Of a DNA stretch of 64,000 bases, positions 26,925-36,880 are shown one piece after another; position 1 is the first letter of the stretch, and each line of letters begins with the position of its first letter. Made by a program: the position numbers and the translations under genes. Source of the DNA: a virus (Duplodnaviria > Caudoviricetes); the IMG/VR virus record IMGVR_UViG_3300011858_000030, positions 21,695-85,694 of that record; one strand, 5' to 3'. The notes beneath the pieces are model-generated. The model ran no database searches. It saw nothing but the letters and a program-made list of their open reading frames with translations, and was not told the DNA's origin.

Positions 26925-27602
26925 TTACTTGGCCCGTTCCGCCCGGGCTAATCGCTTCGCTTTCTTCGCCATGTAATCATCGGCGATCGCATCGTACTCA
27001 TCGCGAGTGAAGCCTTTCTGCTCCGGGTATTTTGCCGACAGAAGCATCTGAAATTCGGTCATCGTTAACTGAGAGGCTTCTTCGCGGATCATGCCGAAAT
27101 GAGTACGCGCCGCGCTGATGTAGTCGAAGGCTTTAAATTCGTTAGTTCTCGCACCTGTTTCGTGGCGCTGCAGCTGGCGAACCTTTGCCTTTCCGACGAC
27201 GCCGTGCTGCATGAGGTGCTGCGCCAGCACGATGATGTCGTTCTTCGGCATTTGCCCTGGTCGGTAGACGACGCAATGCCGCCACCCTTTCCATTCTCCG
27301 ATCATCGGTGTCAGGTCGTCATCGCAGCACGCCTGCAGCACCAGCATGCACGTTGATAACAGCTTCTCGGCAGCGCGGTTGAATGATGGGGCCAGCCATT
27401 CAGGAAAACGCCCCAGCGTGCCAGCGCACACATCAATGAGTTGAGCGACATCATTGCCATGAATAGTGGCGTACGCCTGCACAATCTCTTCCGGATTGCC
27501 GATCCTCGTCATAGCCTCGAATGAAGGTCGCAACAGGTAATCTTTCCCGCCTTCGCGGCTGTCGCTGATAGAGAGTTCGCCAATATCGGTTAAAGCGGTC
27601 AT
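26925..27602 (-). CDS. Tail assembly chaperone (DUF6246-like)
   Basis: Between tail tube and TMP; LTMTEFQ..KYP C-terminal motif. Confidence 0.75.
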   Translation of the reverse strand: MTALTDIGELSISDSREGGKDYLLRPSFEAMTRIGNPEEIVQAYATIHGNDVAQLIDVCAGTLGRFPEWLAPSFNRAAEKLLSTCMLVLQACCDDDLTPMIGEWKGWRHCVVYRPGQMPKNDIIVLAQHLMQHGVVGKAKVRQLQRHETGARTNEFKAFDYISAARTHFGMIREEASQLTMTEFQMLLSAKYPEQKGFTRDEYDAIADDYMAKKAKRLARAERAK

Positions 27603-27659
27603 AGGCCTTCCAGTAAACGGTCATTATCAAGGGCAGCACGCCGCCCTTTGGAATGTCCG

Positions 27660-28403
27660 TTAGGTAACGGTAACCGTATGCACGGCCACAAAGTTGCCAT
27701 CTTCGGTGTTGATGATGATCTGCGCGCTGCCGGTGGCAACACGCGTCACGGTAACGGTGTTGCCGGAGGCGGTGGCCGTTGCTTTGGTCGCGTCGGTAGT
27801 CGCCACAGTGAATTGTTTGTTGGTAGCGCCGGTTGGTGCGATGTTCACCGTGAAAGTGCTGGTGCCGCCTGCCGTGCCGGTGCTGGTTGTCGGCGTTACC
27901 GTCACGCCAGTCACCGCTACCGCAGTGATTTCGTTCACTTCGATAGTGCTTGCATCACCTACTTTGAACTCAGTAGAGAACGTGACGATGTCGTTGGTGC
28001 CACCGTCAGAGCTCAGCGCCGTGATGTTCATATATCCGACGAATTCGACCGGGCCGTAGTCCATGCGCACCCAGATCCCAGGCTGGCGCTTGGCCTTCAG
28101 CTCGTCAGCGAAATACTTGATGAATTTGCCGACACCGTACTGATCCAGCTTATCCTTCTTGCGCACTTCACCCTCAAAGCTCAGGGTGAAATCACTGTTG
28201 GTGATGATGGTCTCGACATAGCCGCCGCCGTCATCCGCATCAGAGGTAACCGAGTTAGGGTTGAAGTCGAAGCCCTTCGACGTACCAGCGGCCAGCGCCA
28301 TCCACTCACCTTCGAGTGGTTTGACGTCCGGGCAGCCATCGGCGACTTCCAGCACGACCGCACCGCCGAACAGGCGCTCGTTCGAGTTCTGGCAATTAGC
28401 CAT
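27660..28403 (-). CDS. Major tail tube protein with C-terminal Ig-like domain
   Basis: Thr-rich VAVTGVTVTP...TGATNKQ Ig domain. Confidence 0.88.
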   Translation of the reverse strand: MANCQNSNERLFGGAVVLEVADGCPDVKPLEGEWMALAAGTSKGFDFNPNSVTSDADDGGGYVETIITNSDFTLSFEGEVRKKDKLDQYGVGKFIKYFADELKAKRQPGIWVRMDYGPVEFVGYMNITALSSDGGTNDIVTFSTEFKVGDASTIEVNEITAVAVTGVTVTPTTSTGTAGGTSTFTVNIAPTGATNKQFTVATTDATKATATASGNTVTVTRVATGSAQIIINTEDGNFVAVHTVTVT

Positions 28404-28466
28404 GTGAAACTCCTCTTTGACGTATAAAAGAAAACCCGCCGGAGCGGGTTATTTGGTTGGGAATGG

Positions 28467-28850
28467 CTAGTCGCCAAACGTGCAGGCAAATTGCAATCGG
28501 AAGACTATTCGCCCTTCTTCTGTGAGCACCGGCGCGGGAATTGCGCCCATGTTCTGGATGTAGCCAACGCACTCGTCAGCCATGGGGTTAGCCTTGACGT
28601 AATCGACGATGCGGTTAGCTGCCTCCAGCGCCGCTTTGCGCTTATCTTTTGCGCCGACGACGTCGACCAGAACGTGGTATTCGGACCCGAGATTGGTTCG
28701 AATATTCGAACCGCCGTTTGGCCTGAATACCATGATCGCCTTCGACAGGTCGCCTGGGTCGTCATACATCAGCTGCTGCACCGTGAAGCCATTCGTTAAC
28801 CCGGCATCACCGAACATGTTTCTCACCCGTTCATGCATCATGGGCGTCAT
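28467..28850 (-). CDS. Tail terminator-like protein
   Basis: Size and position before the tail tube; TEEGRIVF motif. Confidence 0.7.
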   Translation of the reverse strand: MTPMMHERVRNMFGDAGLTNGFTVQQLMYDDPGDLSKAIMVFRPNGGSNIRTNLGSEYHVLVDVVGAKDKRKAALEAANRIVDYVKANPMADECVGYIQNMGAIPAPVLTEEGRIVFRLQFACTFGD

Positions 28851-29215
28851 AACGACATCTCCTTGGCGATCACCGCATCAATCTGGCTGCGGGTATCCTC
28901 AAAGCCTTTGGTCAGGAACTCTTTCCGCGCGGTGGCCCGGCGGAAGGTCTGAGGCACATTCGGATCGTGAACGAAAATCGCGTAATTAGCGGAGTAGCCC
29001 ACACGACCAGTCACCCGACTACCTTTCACGGTTATGTCGCGAAACTGGCTGTTTAGCAGCGTTGAAGTGTCGATTGGCGTATACAGCGCGGCCTGTGAAC
29101 CGCCGATAATTAGCGCTGACTGGATGGCCCTCACTACCTTGCGCCCCTGAATGTCCTGAATGATTCGATTCAGATTAGCCTTCGCCTCGCGCATTCCACG
29201 TACTTTTCCCGCCAT
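28847..29215 (-). CDS. HK97 gp10-like neck protein
   Basis: TPIDTSTL.NS, YAIFVH and KEFLTKG motifs. Confidence 0.8.
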   Translation of the reverse strand: MAGKVRGMREAKANLNRIIQDIQGRKVVRAIQSALIIGGSQAALYTPIDTSTLLNSQFRDITVKGSRVTGRVGYSANYAIFVHDPNVPQTFRRATARKEFLTKGFEDTRSQIDAVIAKEMSL

Positions 29216-29217
29216 GG

Positions 29218-29574
29218 CTACACTCCCGTAATTATTGCCCAGTCGTCTTCCATGCCTTCCAGCGTGTCGTTCCAGCGCGTAACGTGGCGAACCTCATCAG
29301 CTCCTGCAACTACCGGGTCTGTTTCAGTGCTCACACCAATCAGGATGTAGTCGCCTTCATCAGCCAGCGCGTACGCCGTGAAAAAGGTGTTTTTGACAAC
29401 AACCTCTTTACCGAGTGAGCCGAGCTTTGCCGACATGCCGCCGATGTAGTCGCACATGATGGTTTCAGGAGGCTCATAAGCTGAAATCGGGTCCCCGTAC
29501 TCATCGTTGCCGCCCGCACCTTTGCGCCACAGGGTGCAGGGTTTGTTGTATGACCATTGTCCCGCTGAACTCAT
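29218..29574 (-). CDS. Head closure-like protein
   Basis: 118 aa in the head-tail connector block. Confidence 0.65.
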   Translation of the reverse strand: MSSAGQWSYNKPCTLWRKGAGGNDEYGDPISAYEPPETIMCDYIGGMSAKLGSLGKEVVVKNTFFTAYALADEGDYILIGVSTETDPVVAGADEVRHVTRWNDTLEGMEDDWAIITGV

Positions 29575-29741
29575 TCACGCCACCTCAGCACCTTCGCGCC
29601 TGTCGCCCGGATGCGCGGGCAGTTGATATGCCACTCGCCGTCCGATTTCACGTAGCCGGTAGTCTCCCGCCCTGTGTCAGTCATCACCCAGACTCGGGTG
29701 AACGAGCACGGCAGGCCGTGCTTAACTGATTTGTACGTCAT
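29571..29741 (-). CDS. Small conserved-type phage protein, 56 aa (MTYKSVKHGLP...), not in the ORF track
   Basis: Read by eye; overlaps both neighbours (TGATG and ATGA). Confidence 0.7.
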   Translation of the reverse strand: MTYKSVKHGLPCSFTRVWVMTDTGRETTGYVKSDGEWHINCPRIRATGAKVLRWRE

Positions 29742-30121
29742 CAGCAGCCCCCGACTACCATGAACAAGCCGACACTGTTACCTGCACTGATCGGCAGCTC
29801 ACCGGTGCAGCCGCTGGTATCGAGCCTGGCCAGCGAGTCACGCAACCAGGTAATACTGTCAGCACCGTAATCGAATGAGCGGGACGCGCCAGACGGCGCA
29901 CCCTGCGATTTGATGCGGCGCGCGCCGGAAGACGTAGCCATAAGCGCGGCGGCGTACATCAGGATCAGCTTAGCGGTGCAGTCGTCATAGCCAGCACCAT
30001 CGAGGCACGGGATAATCTTGTTCACCACGCAGAGAATCGGATCCAGCAGTGCGCCCGGAATGGAGTAACCCAATTCACCGAGGAACGCCTGCACGTCTGC
30101 CGCTGTGATTGGGTCAGCCAT
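29741..30121 (-). CDS. Head-tail adaptor-like protein
   Basis: RRIKSQGAPSGASRSFDY motif; position. Confidence 0.7.
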   Translation of the reverse strand: MADPITAADVQAFLGELGYSIPGALLDPILCVVNKIIPCLDGAGYDDCTAKLILMYAAALMATSSGARRIKSQGAPSGASRSFDYGADSITWLRDSLARLDTSGCTGELPISAGNSVGLFMVVGGC

Positions 30122-30123
30122 GG

Positions 30124-30489
30124 TTATTTCGCCTTCTTGATAGCTTCTTCCAGTGCTGCTTCGGCCTCATCAGCACGTTTTGTTTCTACTGCCATCGCGT
30201 CGGCGTGAGCCTTGTCTTTTGCTTCACCATCGGCGATTAGCTTTTGGTTCTGCTCCAGCGCGTCGGCGAGTTGCTTTTGCAGGCCAGAAAGGTCTGCCGC
30301 CTGCGCGGACGGAGTTGACACTTCGAAGGAAAGCTTCTCGCCTTTCTTCTTGTCAGTGTCCTTTGCTTTGCCAGACGCCTTCCAGCGCGCTGCTGTTGCA
30401 TCGTCCACTTCTACGATCGCACCAACCTCCAGTTTGCGGAGGTTGGCACCGGCGAAGACGTTACCTGCTGTGATTTCTACCAGTGCCAT
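30124..30489 (-). CDS. Hypothetical head-associated protein
   Basis: Follows the capsid gene; N-terminal beta domain plus coiled coil. Confidence 0.7.
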   Translation of the reverse strand: MALVEITAGNVFAGANLRKLEVGAIVEVDDATAARWKASGKAKDTDKKKGEKLSFEVSTPSAQAADLSGLQKQLADALEQNQKLIADGEAKDKAHADAMAVETKRADEAEAALEEAIKKAK

Positions 30490-30500
30490 TCAATTTCTCC

Positions 30501-31586
30501 TTAGCTGCTCGCGAAGAGCACGCCATGTTTGAGGTTGATATCCTGCTTGACCATCAGGCCCATAGCGCCCCAGGTGCGCCAGATGTAGTCGCTGTTATAG
30601 AACTGACGAGGGTCAGCAACAGTGCCCACAGCCTGGCCAGTGATCGGAGCGATAACGCCGGCAGTCAAAGGAACAACCAAAATCTGGTTACCTGTGAGTT
30701 CGGCGTCTTCTTTCACTGCGGCAATGCCGGACAGCTTCAGGATTTCCTGCAGGATGGTACCGGACTGGTAATTGTCGCTGAAATAGCGCTCCCAGTTGGA
30801 CATGATCTCGCTGGATACGTACCAGGTCTGCGGCGCGTACTGGTTATTGGTGATCTTCATGGTGTCACGCAGGGCGATCGCACCGTCTCGGTTCTGTTCT
30901 GCGGTTGTAGTGCGGCTGGAGAAGTCGATGTTCAGGCCAGATGCACCCAGATCAACCTGGCCGACGCGCTCATCGTTCTTCAGGCCTTTCCACGTTTTTC
31001 CATCGAAGGTAACGAAGTTGCCTTCCGAGTCGCGGAAACCGTTGAACATGTAGTCCACGATTTTACGGCGCACATCATCAACAGAGCCCCGCTGCGCATC
31101 GGCAAGTGATGCCAGTGCTGACCCTTTGTTGAAGATTGGATCACGCCAGTGGAACTTGAAGCCGCTGTCGTGCACTGGAACCATGGTGCCGTCAAAGCTG
31201 TACGCGCGAGCATCCAGCGCCGCACCGATCTGGCCTGACATGGAAGTGTGAGCCCAGCCACGACCTCCGGTACGCGCATATTCATACACTGACTCTTCCA
31301 GGCGGACAGAGCGAGACAATGGCATCAGGTCGTTGAAAAGGGTGAATTCGGTGTTCGGCTCGAACTGTGCCAGTACCGTCTGATCGTACGCTCGGTACAT
31401 GCGGCGGATATCGTCGACAGCGTTCACCGCGTCCAGATGTCCGTTTTCACCGAAGCGAGCACGGGCAATGAAGTCAGCGACAGACTGCGCACTCATGTTG
31501 CGCGCCATCTCCAGCTCGCGGAACTGTGCCTGGTTGACTTCGAGGTTACCGGTGCGTTCACCGATAGAGCGAGAAAATACAAGCAT
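30501..31586 (-). CDS. Major capsid protein
   Basis: 361 aa after the protease/scaffold and decoration genes. Confidence 0.85.
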   Translation of the reverse strand: MLVFSRSIGERTGNLEVNQAQFRELEMARNMSAQSVADFIARARFGENGHLDAVNAVDDIRRMYRAYDQTVLAQFEPNTEFTLFNDLMPLSRSVRLEESVYEYARTGGRGWAHTSMSGQIGAALDARAYSFDGTMVPVHDSGFKFHWRDPIFNKGSALASLADAQRGSVDDVRRKIVDYMFNGFRDSEGNFVTFDGKTWKGLKNDERVGQVDLGASGLNIDFSSRTTTAEQNRDGAIALRDTMKITNNQYAPQTWYVSSEIMSNWERYFSDNYQSGTILQEILKLSGIAAVKEDAELTGNQILVVPLTAGVIAPITGQAVGTVADPRQFYNSDYIWRTWGAMGLMVKQDINLKHGVLFASS

Positions 31587-31597
31587 TCAGGTGCTCC

Positions 31598-32029
31598 TTA
31601 CTTGATAACGACGCGCAGCAGATCGCCTGCAGCAACGGTGTACGCCGTGTCTTCTTCGACATATGCGCGGATGGACTCGCCAGAAGCGTGGGCTTTCACC
31701 TGGCCGTTTGCGATGGATAAAGGTTGGCCTTTTTTGTACGTGCCGGCAGCGGCTCGCACGTTCAGGAACATGCCCGGCATCGGATGGATGCCAACCACCA
31801 ACTCATTCACAGGGATTGAGTCGTCAACCGTCTGGCAGCGAAGATAATCAAAGTCAGCGACATAGAGGATCGCCTCTTCGTTGCCATCAACCGAGGCCGT
31901 GAACTTGGCGGCGGAGAAGAAGCCAACAGTACCTGGCTTGGTGGCGGCCGCCGCGGCACCTTCACGGTTAAGCAGCGGATTAGGGAATACGCCACCGGCG
32001 TGAATTACGTGTTTTCCGTCTTTAGCCAT
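31598..32029 (-). CDS. Head decoration protein
   Basis: 143 aa between scaffold and capsid genes. Confidence 0.7.
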   Translation of the reverse strand: MAKDGKHVIHAGGVFPNPLLNREGAAAAATKPGTVGFFSAAKFTASVDGNEEAILYVADFDYLRCQTVDDSIPVNELVVGIHPMPGMFLNVRAAAGTYKKGQPLSIANGQVKAHASGESIRAYVEEDTAYTVAAGDLLRVVIK

Positions 32030-32032
32030 TTT

Positions 32033-33418
32033 TTACTCCGGCATTTCGCTGACTGATTGGGTGTTGGCAGCCTGACGGAATGCACCGTTCAGGCCGAAGG
32101 AGGTTTGGCACTTGGCATACATGGCGTCGAGCGCCTTGCCGTCCAGATCTGCGACTTCTTCATCGCTCATGTTCATCGCCAGCTTCACAGTCGCGCGCTT
32201 TTCGCCTTTCTCATTGTCGACGTTCGCGTTCAGGCTGTTGAAAACGACGTCCACGCGATCGGCAAGTGCTTTCGCCCACGCTGGCATCTCTTCGTTATTG
32301 GTGGCCTGCTCTTTTTTCTTTGGCTTTCCGGTTTCCGGGTCGATTTCTTCATCGCCTTTTTTCTTGGCGGTGGCTTCTTCGGCCTTCATCTGGTTGTATG
32401 CGTCCATCAGCTCGGCGTCGGACTTGCCTTCAGTCGGCTTACCAGCGGCTTGCAGCGCATTGATAATCAGTTCTTTCATCGGATCGTTCTCTCCGTTGGT
32501 TTTAATCTCGTACTCAGTGGGTTTGCGCACGACTTCTACAGGTTCGCCGACGAACACGGCCTTGCCGTCGTCATCGATGAGGTACTTCTGCTTCAGATAT
32601 TTGGTGTCATTGCGGTAGATGAAGCTGTCCGGCCACACCGTTTCAGGCCAAAGCCACTTATCTTCGTCGTCACCCTCGCGCAGCTTGTCGCTGATGGCTC
32701 GGGAGATGTCGTCAAAAGAGAAGTTGGAGGCATTGGTGAAGAAGAATTTGGTTTTGTTGATCAGGCCGTCGCGAGTGCAGTCGATACCATCAGCCAGGCG
32801 GGCAACTTCGATCTGCTGCTCATCACCTTCTGAGTTAACGAAGATGCCTACGCCCTCCTCCGGCGTTCCGGCGCCAGGCTCATCAAGCAGCACCGCCACA
32901 TGGTCAAACATCATGTTGGTGGCGATTTCGTTGTACTTCTTGCCCTTCGACTCGCCGTTGGCGGCGATACCGGAATACAGCAGGCCGGTGGAGATGTGGA
33001 TTGGGTCGGAGTTGGTACCGGCCAGCATCTCATCCAGACGGTTAATCAGGCGCTTGCCCTTGTCGCTCGACTCGGCGTACTGGCGGTTAACAAACATGTC
33101 ACCCGTCACCTTCCCGTCTTTATGGCTGACGTTCTGCAGCCAGGCCCCGACGTGGTACTCGTTCACCGCCCGGACATCGCGCGCAGACACATGCTTGCCG
33201 TCCACTTTCGGGTGGCCCAGCGGCATTGGATTACGCTCAAGCGTGTTGTAGGCCTTTTCGATTTCTGCTGCCGGGTACAACTTCCGGTTCATCACGATAT
33301 CGTCCACGACAGGCGTGATGCCGCGAACCACGATATGTGGCTTGCCGTCGATGGTTTCAGTGGTGATGTTTGAAGCGGAGTTGACGACGGTCAGCACGTT
33401 AACGCGGTTGCGTTTCAT
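32033..33418 (-). CDS. Prohead protease/scaffold
   Basis: PMPLGHP, ISTGL and FDHVAVL..EPGA motifs; charged scaffold-like C-terminus. Confidence 0.8.
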   Translation of the reverse strand: MKRNRVNVLTVVNSASNITTETIDGKPHIVVRGITPVVDDIVMNRKLYPAAEIEKAYNTLERNPMPLGHPKVDGKHVSARDVRAVNEYHVGAWLQNVSHKDGKVTGDMFVNRQYAESSDKGKRLINRLDEMLAGTNSDPIHISTGLLYSGIAANGESKGKKYNEIATNMMFDHVAVLLDEPGAGTPEEGVGIFVNSEGDEQQIEVARLADGIDCTRDGLINKTKFFFTNASNFSFDDISRAISDKLREGDDEDKWLWPETVWPDSFIYRNDTKYLKQKYLIDDDGKAVFVGEPVEVVRKPTEYEIKTNGENDPMKELIINALQAAGKPTEGKSDAELMDAYNQMKAEEATAKKKGDEEIDPETGKPKKKEQATNNEEMPAWAKALADRVDVVFNSLNANVDNEKGEKRATVKLAMNMSDEEVADLDGKALDAMYAKCQTSFGLNGAFRQAANTQSVSEMPE

Positions 33419-33430
33419 GCTGGGTCCTCG

Positions 33431-33613
33431 TTATTGGATGGTTTTGTGTAACGCTCTGACGATGGTTTTTACCTGGCGCACGTTGCCGCGGCCTTGTGAC
33501 TTGATGACCTTGCGATCGCCTACCTGCTTCATCATCGCTTCGATGCCGCCGATCTTAACGTGCGTGCATGAGATATCGCCAAGTCGCTTTGATTCGAAAT
33601 AAATGCCGCTCAT
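33431..33613 (-). CDS. Hypothetical protein, 60 aa
   Basis: GAGG RBS; operon strand. Confidence 0.6.
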   Translation of the reverse strand: MSGIYFESKRLGDISCTHVKIGGIEAMMKQVGDRKVIKSQGRGNVRQVKTIVRALHKTIQ

Positions 33614-33673
33614 ATGGGCCTCATTGGTGGATTTCAGGCAATAAAAAAGGCCGCCGGAGCGACCTTGTTGTAT

Positions 33674-34366
33674 TTACATCAGCCCCAATTCTCGGAGCTT
33701 ATTCAGATTGTGTTCTATCTTTCGCTTGCCATATTCGCCGTGAAGCCTTTCGCATTCGGCGTTATAGGCGAGGACGGCAAGCTTTAAATCATGGAAATAG
33801 CCAATGTGGTGGTACTCCCCACCTCGAGCAATCTTAGCCACCCATTTTGACACTTTTCTGCTGTCTGTAGGGGTGTGCCAAGATACTCCAATAAATCCAG
33901 ATTGCGAGTCGGCTCTTAAGCTCTCGTTTAGCTTGTTAATCGTCTTGGTGGCGGGTCGTAAATTCTCAATGCGGTTATCAGAGCGCACGCCGTTAATATG
34001 ATCGATAAAATCTGGCTCATCGCCGTTGAACATCTTCCAGACAATTCGATGGGCCATTACCAGTGCGCCATCCACCTTGACGCGGATGTAGCCATCTTTG
34101 CGCTTATAGCCACAAACTGAGCCACTCTTGACGCAGCCGCGAGATATCTTGGCTATCAGGTCAGACCCTAACACCTCAAAAAGCTCATTCAGCCTATCCT
34201 TTGATGGCAGAGGGACAACGCCATCTTTGCTGGCTGGAAGACATTTTGTTTTGTTAAGCAAAGAGGCGCACGCCTTACAGCTTCCGCGATATCCATCAGT
34301 GCATTTTTTGCTTCTGTAAAACTCAGATAACGGCTTGGTCTCACCGCATTTCTTGCATGATTTCAT
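33674..34366 (-). CDS. HNH homing endonuclease with N-terminal Cys-rich and C-terminal AP2-like domains
   Basis: CKKC..C..CKAC, HRIVW, IDHINGVRSDNRIENLR and GFIGVSW motifs. Confidence 0.92.
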   Translation of the reverse strand: MKSCKKCGETKPLSEFYRSKKCTDGYRGSCKACASLLNKTKCLPASKDGVVPLPSKDRLNELFEVLGSDLIAKISRGCVKSGSVCGYKRKDGYIRVKVDGALVMAHRIVWKMFNGDEPDFIDHINGVRSDNRIENLRPATKTINKLNESLRADSQSGFIGVSWHTPTDSRKVSKWVAKIARGGEYHHIGYFHDLKLAVLAYNAECERLHGEYGKRKIEHNLNKLRELGLM

Positions 34367-34465
34367 TCTAAACCTCGTAGCAGGTTTCGTAGATGATGGG
34401 TGCGGCAGGGGTGTCTACGTTCACCCTCTTCGACTGGCCGGTCTAGCCGCACGTCAATTTTACCA
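34367..34465 (-). ncRNA. Structured cis-regulatory leader, copy A, with extended -10 (TGG-TAAAAT)
   Basis: Three-way junction that covaries with copy B at 42886-42970. Confidence 0.6.
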
Positions 34466-34467
34466 CT

Positions 34468-35457
34468 TCACTTTTCGTCAGGCTTCCATTTCTTGCGCTC
34501 GGCAGCCAATTTATCAGCCAATCCCTCGTTATAAATCTGACCATCATCTGTCAGTAATACTGGGATTTGGCTGCAATAACAGTTGGCGCGGTTCTTCATT
34601 TCACTGTAGAAATCGCGCACCTCTTCGGTGGTGTAGACCTTGCCGTGACGGCTGGCGTGCCAGGTGCGAGTCGTCGGCTTGAGCGCTGACAGCCACAACA
34701 ATCCGGTATTCAACCCTAGCCGGTCAGCAGCCCAGTCGGTTTCGTTCCATTGCGCCTGGCGCAGCGCGCCTACCTGCTCTGTCTGAGCAATGGCCTTAGC
34801 CTTCGACATGCTCACATCGAGGCGTTTACTAATAACCTGGGCGGTATCTCTTGGTGACACCCCGCGAGCCACCGCATCGGTGATGATGTTGGTCAGATCG
34901 CCGCGGGCAGTGTCGCTGATGACCTTCCAGTCGCTGAACGTTGTCAGCCTGGCCGCCGCAACCTGATTAAGGTGACCGGGACTGCTTAAAAGCTGCTGTA
35001 GCGTTGTCTGACTGGCGTACACCTGCGACTGCTGCGAGAGGTTGTTGAAGGCCTCCAGCGTGCCGCGCTGCGCTTCTGCGACGACGTAATCCATCGCCCA
35101 GAGGTTTTGCTCGCCACCCTCCAGCAGATGGTCATCGAGAATAGCCTGTACCGCCTCCAGCAGGTCAGCCAGTTCCTGCGCCGACATGTCGTAGATGAAC
35201 TTGCCGGCGTTTACCTGGTAGAGCCGCACATCCTCGCCGCGGTCATGGCAAAGGAAGTGCCAGTTATGGCTATTTACATCACGCTCCCGCCCGGTCAGGC
35301 GCTGGTCGAACAGAGCTTTCAGCGCGCGCTTGATGCCGAGATACCGATCCTCTATATCCCGGTACATCGCGGTTACCTGCTTTGCCGATCGGGTCGGGTC
35401 AACCTTGCTACGCGGAACTATCGGCAGGCCCACCTTTGCCGTCTGTTCTGGTGTCAT
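34468..35457 (-). CDS. Minor head protein (Mu F/SPP1 gp7 family)
   Basis: IAQTEQ, TTRTWHASRHG and RANCYCS motifs. Confidence 0.88.
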   Translation of the reverse strand: MTPEQTAKVGLPIVPRSKVDPTRSAKQVTAMYRDIEDRYLGIKRALKALFDQRLTGRERDVNSHNWHFLCHDRGEDVRLYQVNAGKFIYDMSAQELADLLEAVQAILDDHLLEGGEQNLWAMDYVVAEAQRGTLEAFNNLSQQSQVYASQTTLQQLLSSPGHLNQVAAARLTTFSDWKVISDTARGDLTNIITDAVARGVSPRDTAQVISKRLDVSMSKAKAIAQTEQVGALRQAQWNETDWAADRLGLNTGLLWLSALKPTTRTWHASRHGKVYTTEEVRDFYSEMKNRANCYCSQIPVLLTDDGQIYNEGLADKLAAERKKWKPDEK

Positions 35458-36868
35458 CGGCCAGTGGATCATCGGTAGTCACCTTCTCGTCCGGTTTTGG
35501 TGGTTCTTTTTGCTCCGGTAGCGGGTCAAGCCCCACAACTTCGCGCAGCTCATTGGCTGTAATCGGCGGCTCACCGCCATAGAAGCCAGTGGTTTTCTGC
35601 ACAATGTCGGCAAGTTTCGAAGCGTTCTCGATCTTCTCTTTCTCGCCTGGCGCCAGCAGGTCGCTCCATGAGATGGTGACCTCGCCTTTGGTCGGCGGGT
35701 CGATAATCCCAAGCGTCCAGAAACGCTCCAACAACGCGGTGATCCGGTCTGTCAGGAAGCCATTACGCCGCGTGTTGCGTCGGATAGCCCAGTCCGTTTT
35801 ATCCTCATCGCTCGCCAGTCTCCCGGTCTGCTGACCGAACAGGATGGTGAACGGGATCTGTACGGAGGCGGCCAGTTCATTCGCCGTGACTTCCCATGTC
35901 GGCCCCGGGTCTCCGGGTGTAACGCTCAGAACATGCATCTGACCGGCCTGCATTACGGCCGCCGCATCAGTACCACGGTTAAGCTTGTTGACCTTGTCGC
36001 CCATCGCTTCGCCGAGATCGGCATAGCCAGCCTTCTTAGCCTGTTCTGCCAGCGTGGCCATGTCGGTTTCTTTGCTGAACTCGACGGCGATCTGTCGACT
36101 GGCGTTCTTCAGGAAACCCTCAGCGCCACCACCAGATACTTTCTCAAGGTCGAGGCCCTTGTTGTAGCCAGCTTCCAGCAGCGGGATGCCGGACAGCACA
36201 TTGTCGTCTTCAGAACCTTCGCAGAACAGGATTACGCGGCTCGTGTGTACCGGTTCGCCGCGCAGCGGGCCGACAAAAGGCTCATCACCGACCGGCTGCT
36301 CGTTGAAGTTGAACATCTTCGGCTGGCCGAACGTTTCAGACTGACGGTCGTTATCCCATTCGGCGACTGTTAACTGCGGCTCCCATACCGGGATAAGTTT
36401 TACAAGCGCTGACTCTCCGAGTCGTTTTACTAAAGCAGTATCGACCTCCTGATCCCAGTTCCGATTGTCTTTCACCTGAAGAAGCAGCGCTGAATAACGC
36501 CCTACCATATTGCGGCGATCTGCATCCTTCACCTTCGGCCACAACTTCTTCATGAACTTGGTGACTTTCTTTTCCCAGGCGTTTGTATTCTTCGCCTCCT
36601 GAGCTTCATCACCGTCAACAATGACCGGATAGTCTTGCCAGCAACCATCCAGCAGACGATGCACCACAGCGAAGCCAGCGGCGTTGCGGCGGTACATGTT
36701 GTAGAAGTCGTTGAAGGTGATCGTGCGCGGGTAGCCAAATTCCTGGTAAAGCGTCGGGCGCTTCGTGTTCCCACCACCGATGCCGATGGCATTCAGGTAA
36801 TTTGCTCGCCTCATTTCAGTGGCGAGGTTGTTCACAGCCAATTGAAGGCCGTTATCTTGTTCGCTCAC
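35408..36868 (-). CDS. Portal protein (DUF1073-type)
   Basis: After terL; IPFTILFGQQTGRLASDED motif. Confidence 0.88.
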   Translation of the reverse strand: MSEQDNGLQLAVNNLATEMRRANYLNAIGIGGGNTKRPTLYQEFGYPRTITFNDFYNMYRRNAAGFAVVHRLLDGCWQDYPVIVDGDEAQEAKNTNAWEKKVTKFMKKLWPKVKDADRRNMVGRYSALLLQVKDNRNWDQEVDTALVKRLGESALVKLIPVWEPQLTVAEWDNDRQSETFGQPKMFNFNEQPVGDEPFVGPLRGEPVHTSRVILFCEGSEDDNVLSGIPLLEAGYNKGLDLEKVSGGGAEGFLKNASRQIAVEFSKETDMATLAEQAKKAGYADLGEAMGDKVNKLNRGTDAAAVMQAGQMHVLSVTPGDPGPTWEVTANELAASVQIPFTILFGQQTGRLASDEDKTDWAIRRNTRRNGFLTDRITALLERFWTLGIIDPPTKGEVTISWSDLLAPGEKEKIENASKLADIVQKTTGFYGGEPPITANELREVVGLDPLPEQKEPPKPDEKVTTDDPLADDTRTDGKGGPADSSA

Positions 36869-36880
36869 TGGCGATGCTCC

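Noticed and set aside
26925-27602. Programmed -1 frameshift of lambda G/GT type
   Set aside because: A single ORF fills the tube-TMP interval, and I found no convincing slippery site with a second frame.
35408-36868. Anti-CBASS Acb1 label sometimes attached to DUF1073 proteins
   Set aside because: Size, position after terL and synteny show it is the portal.
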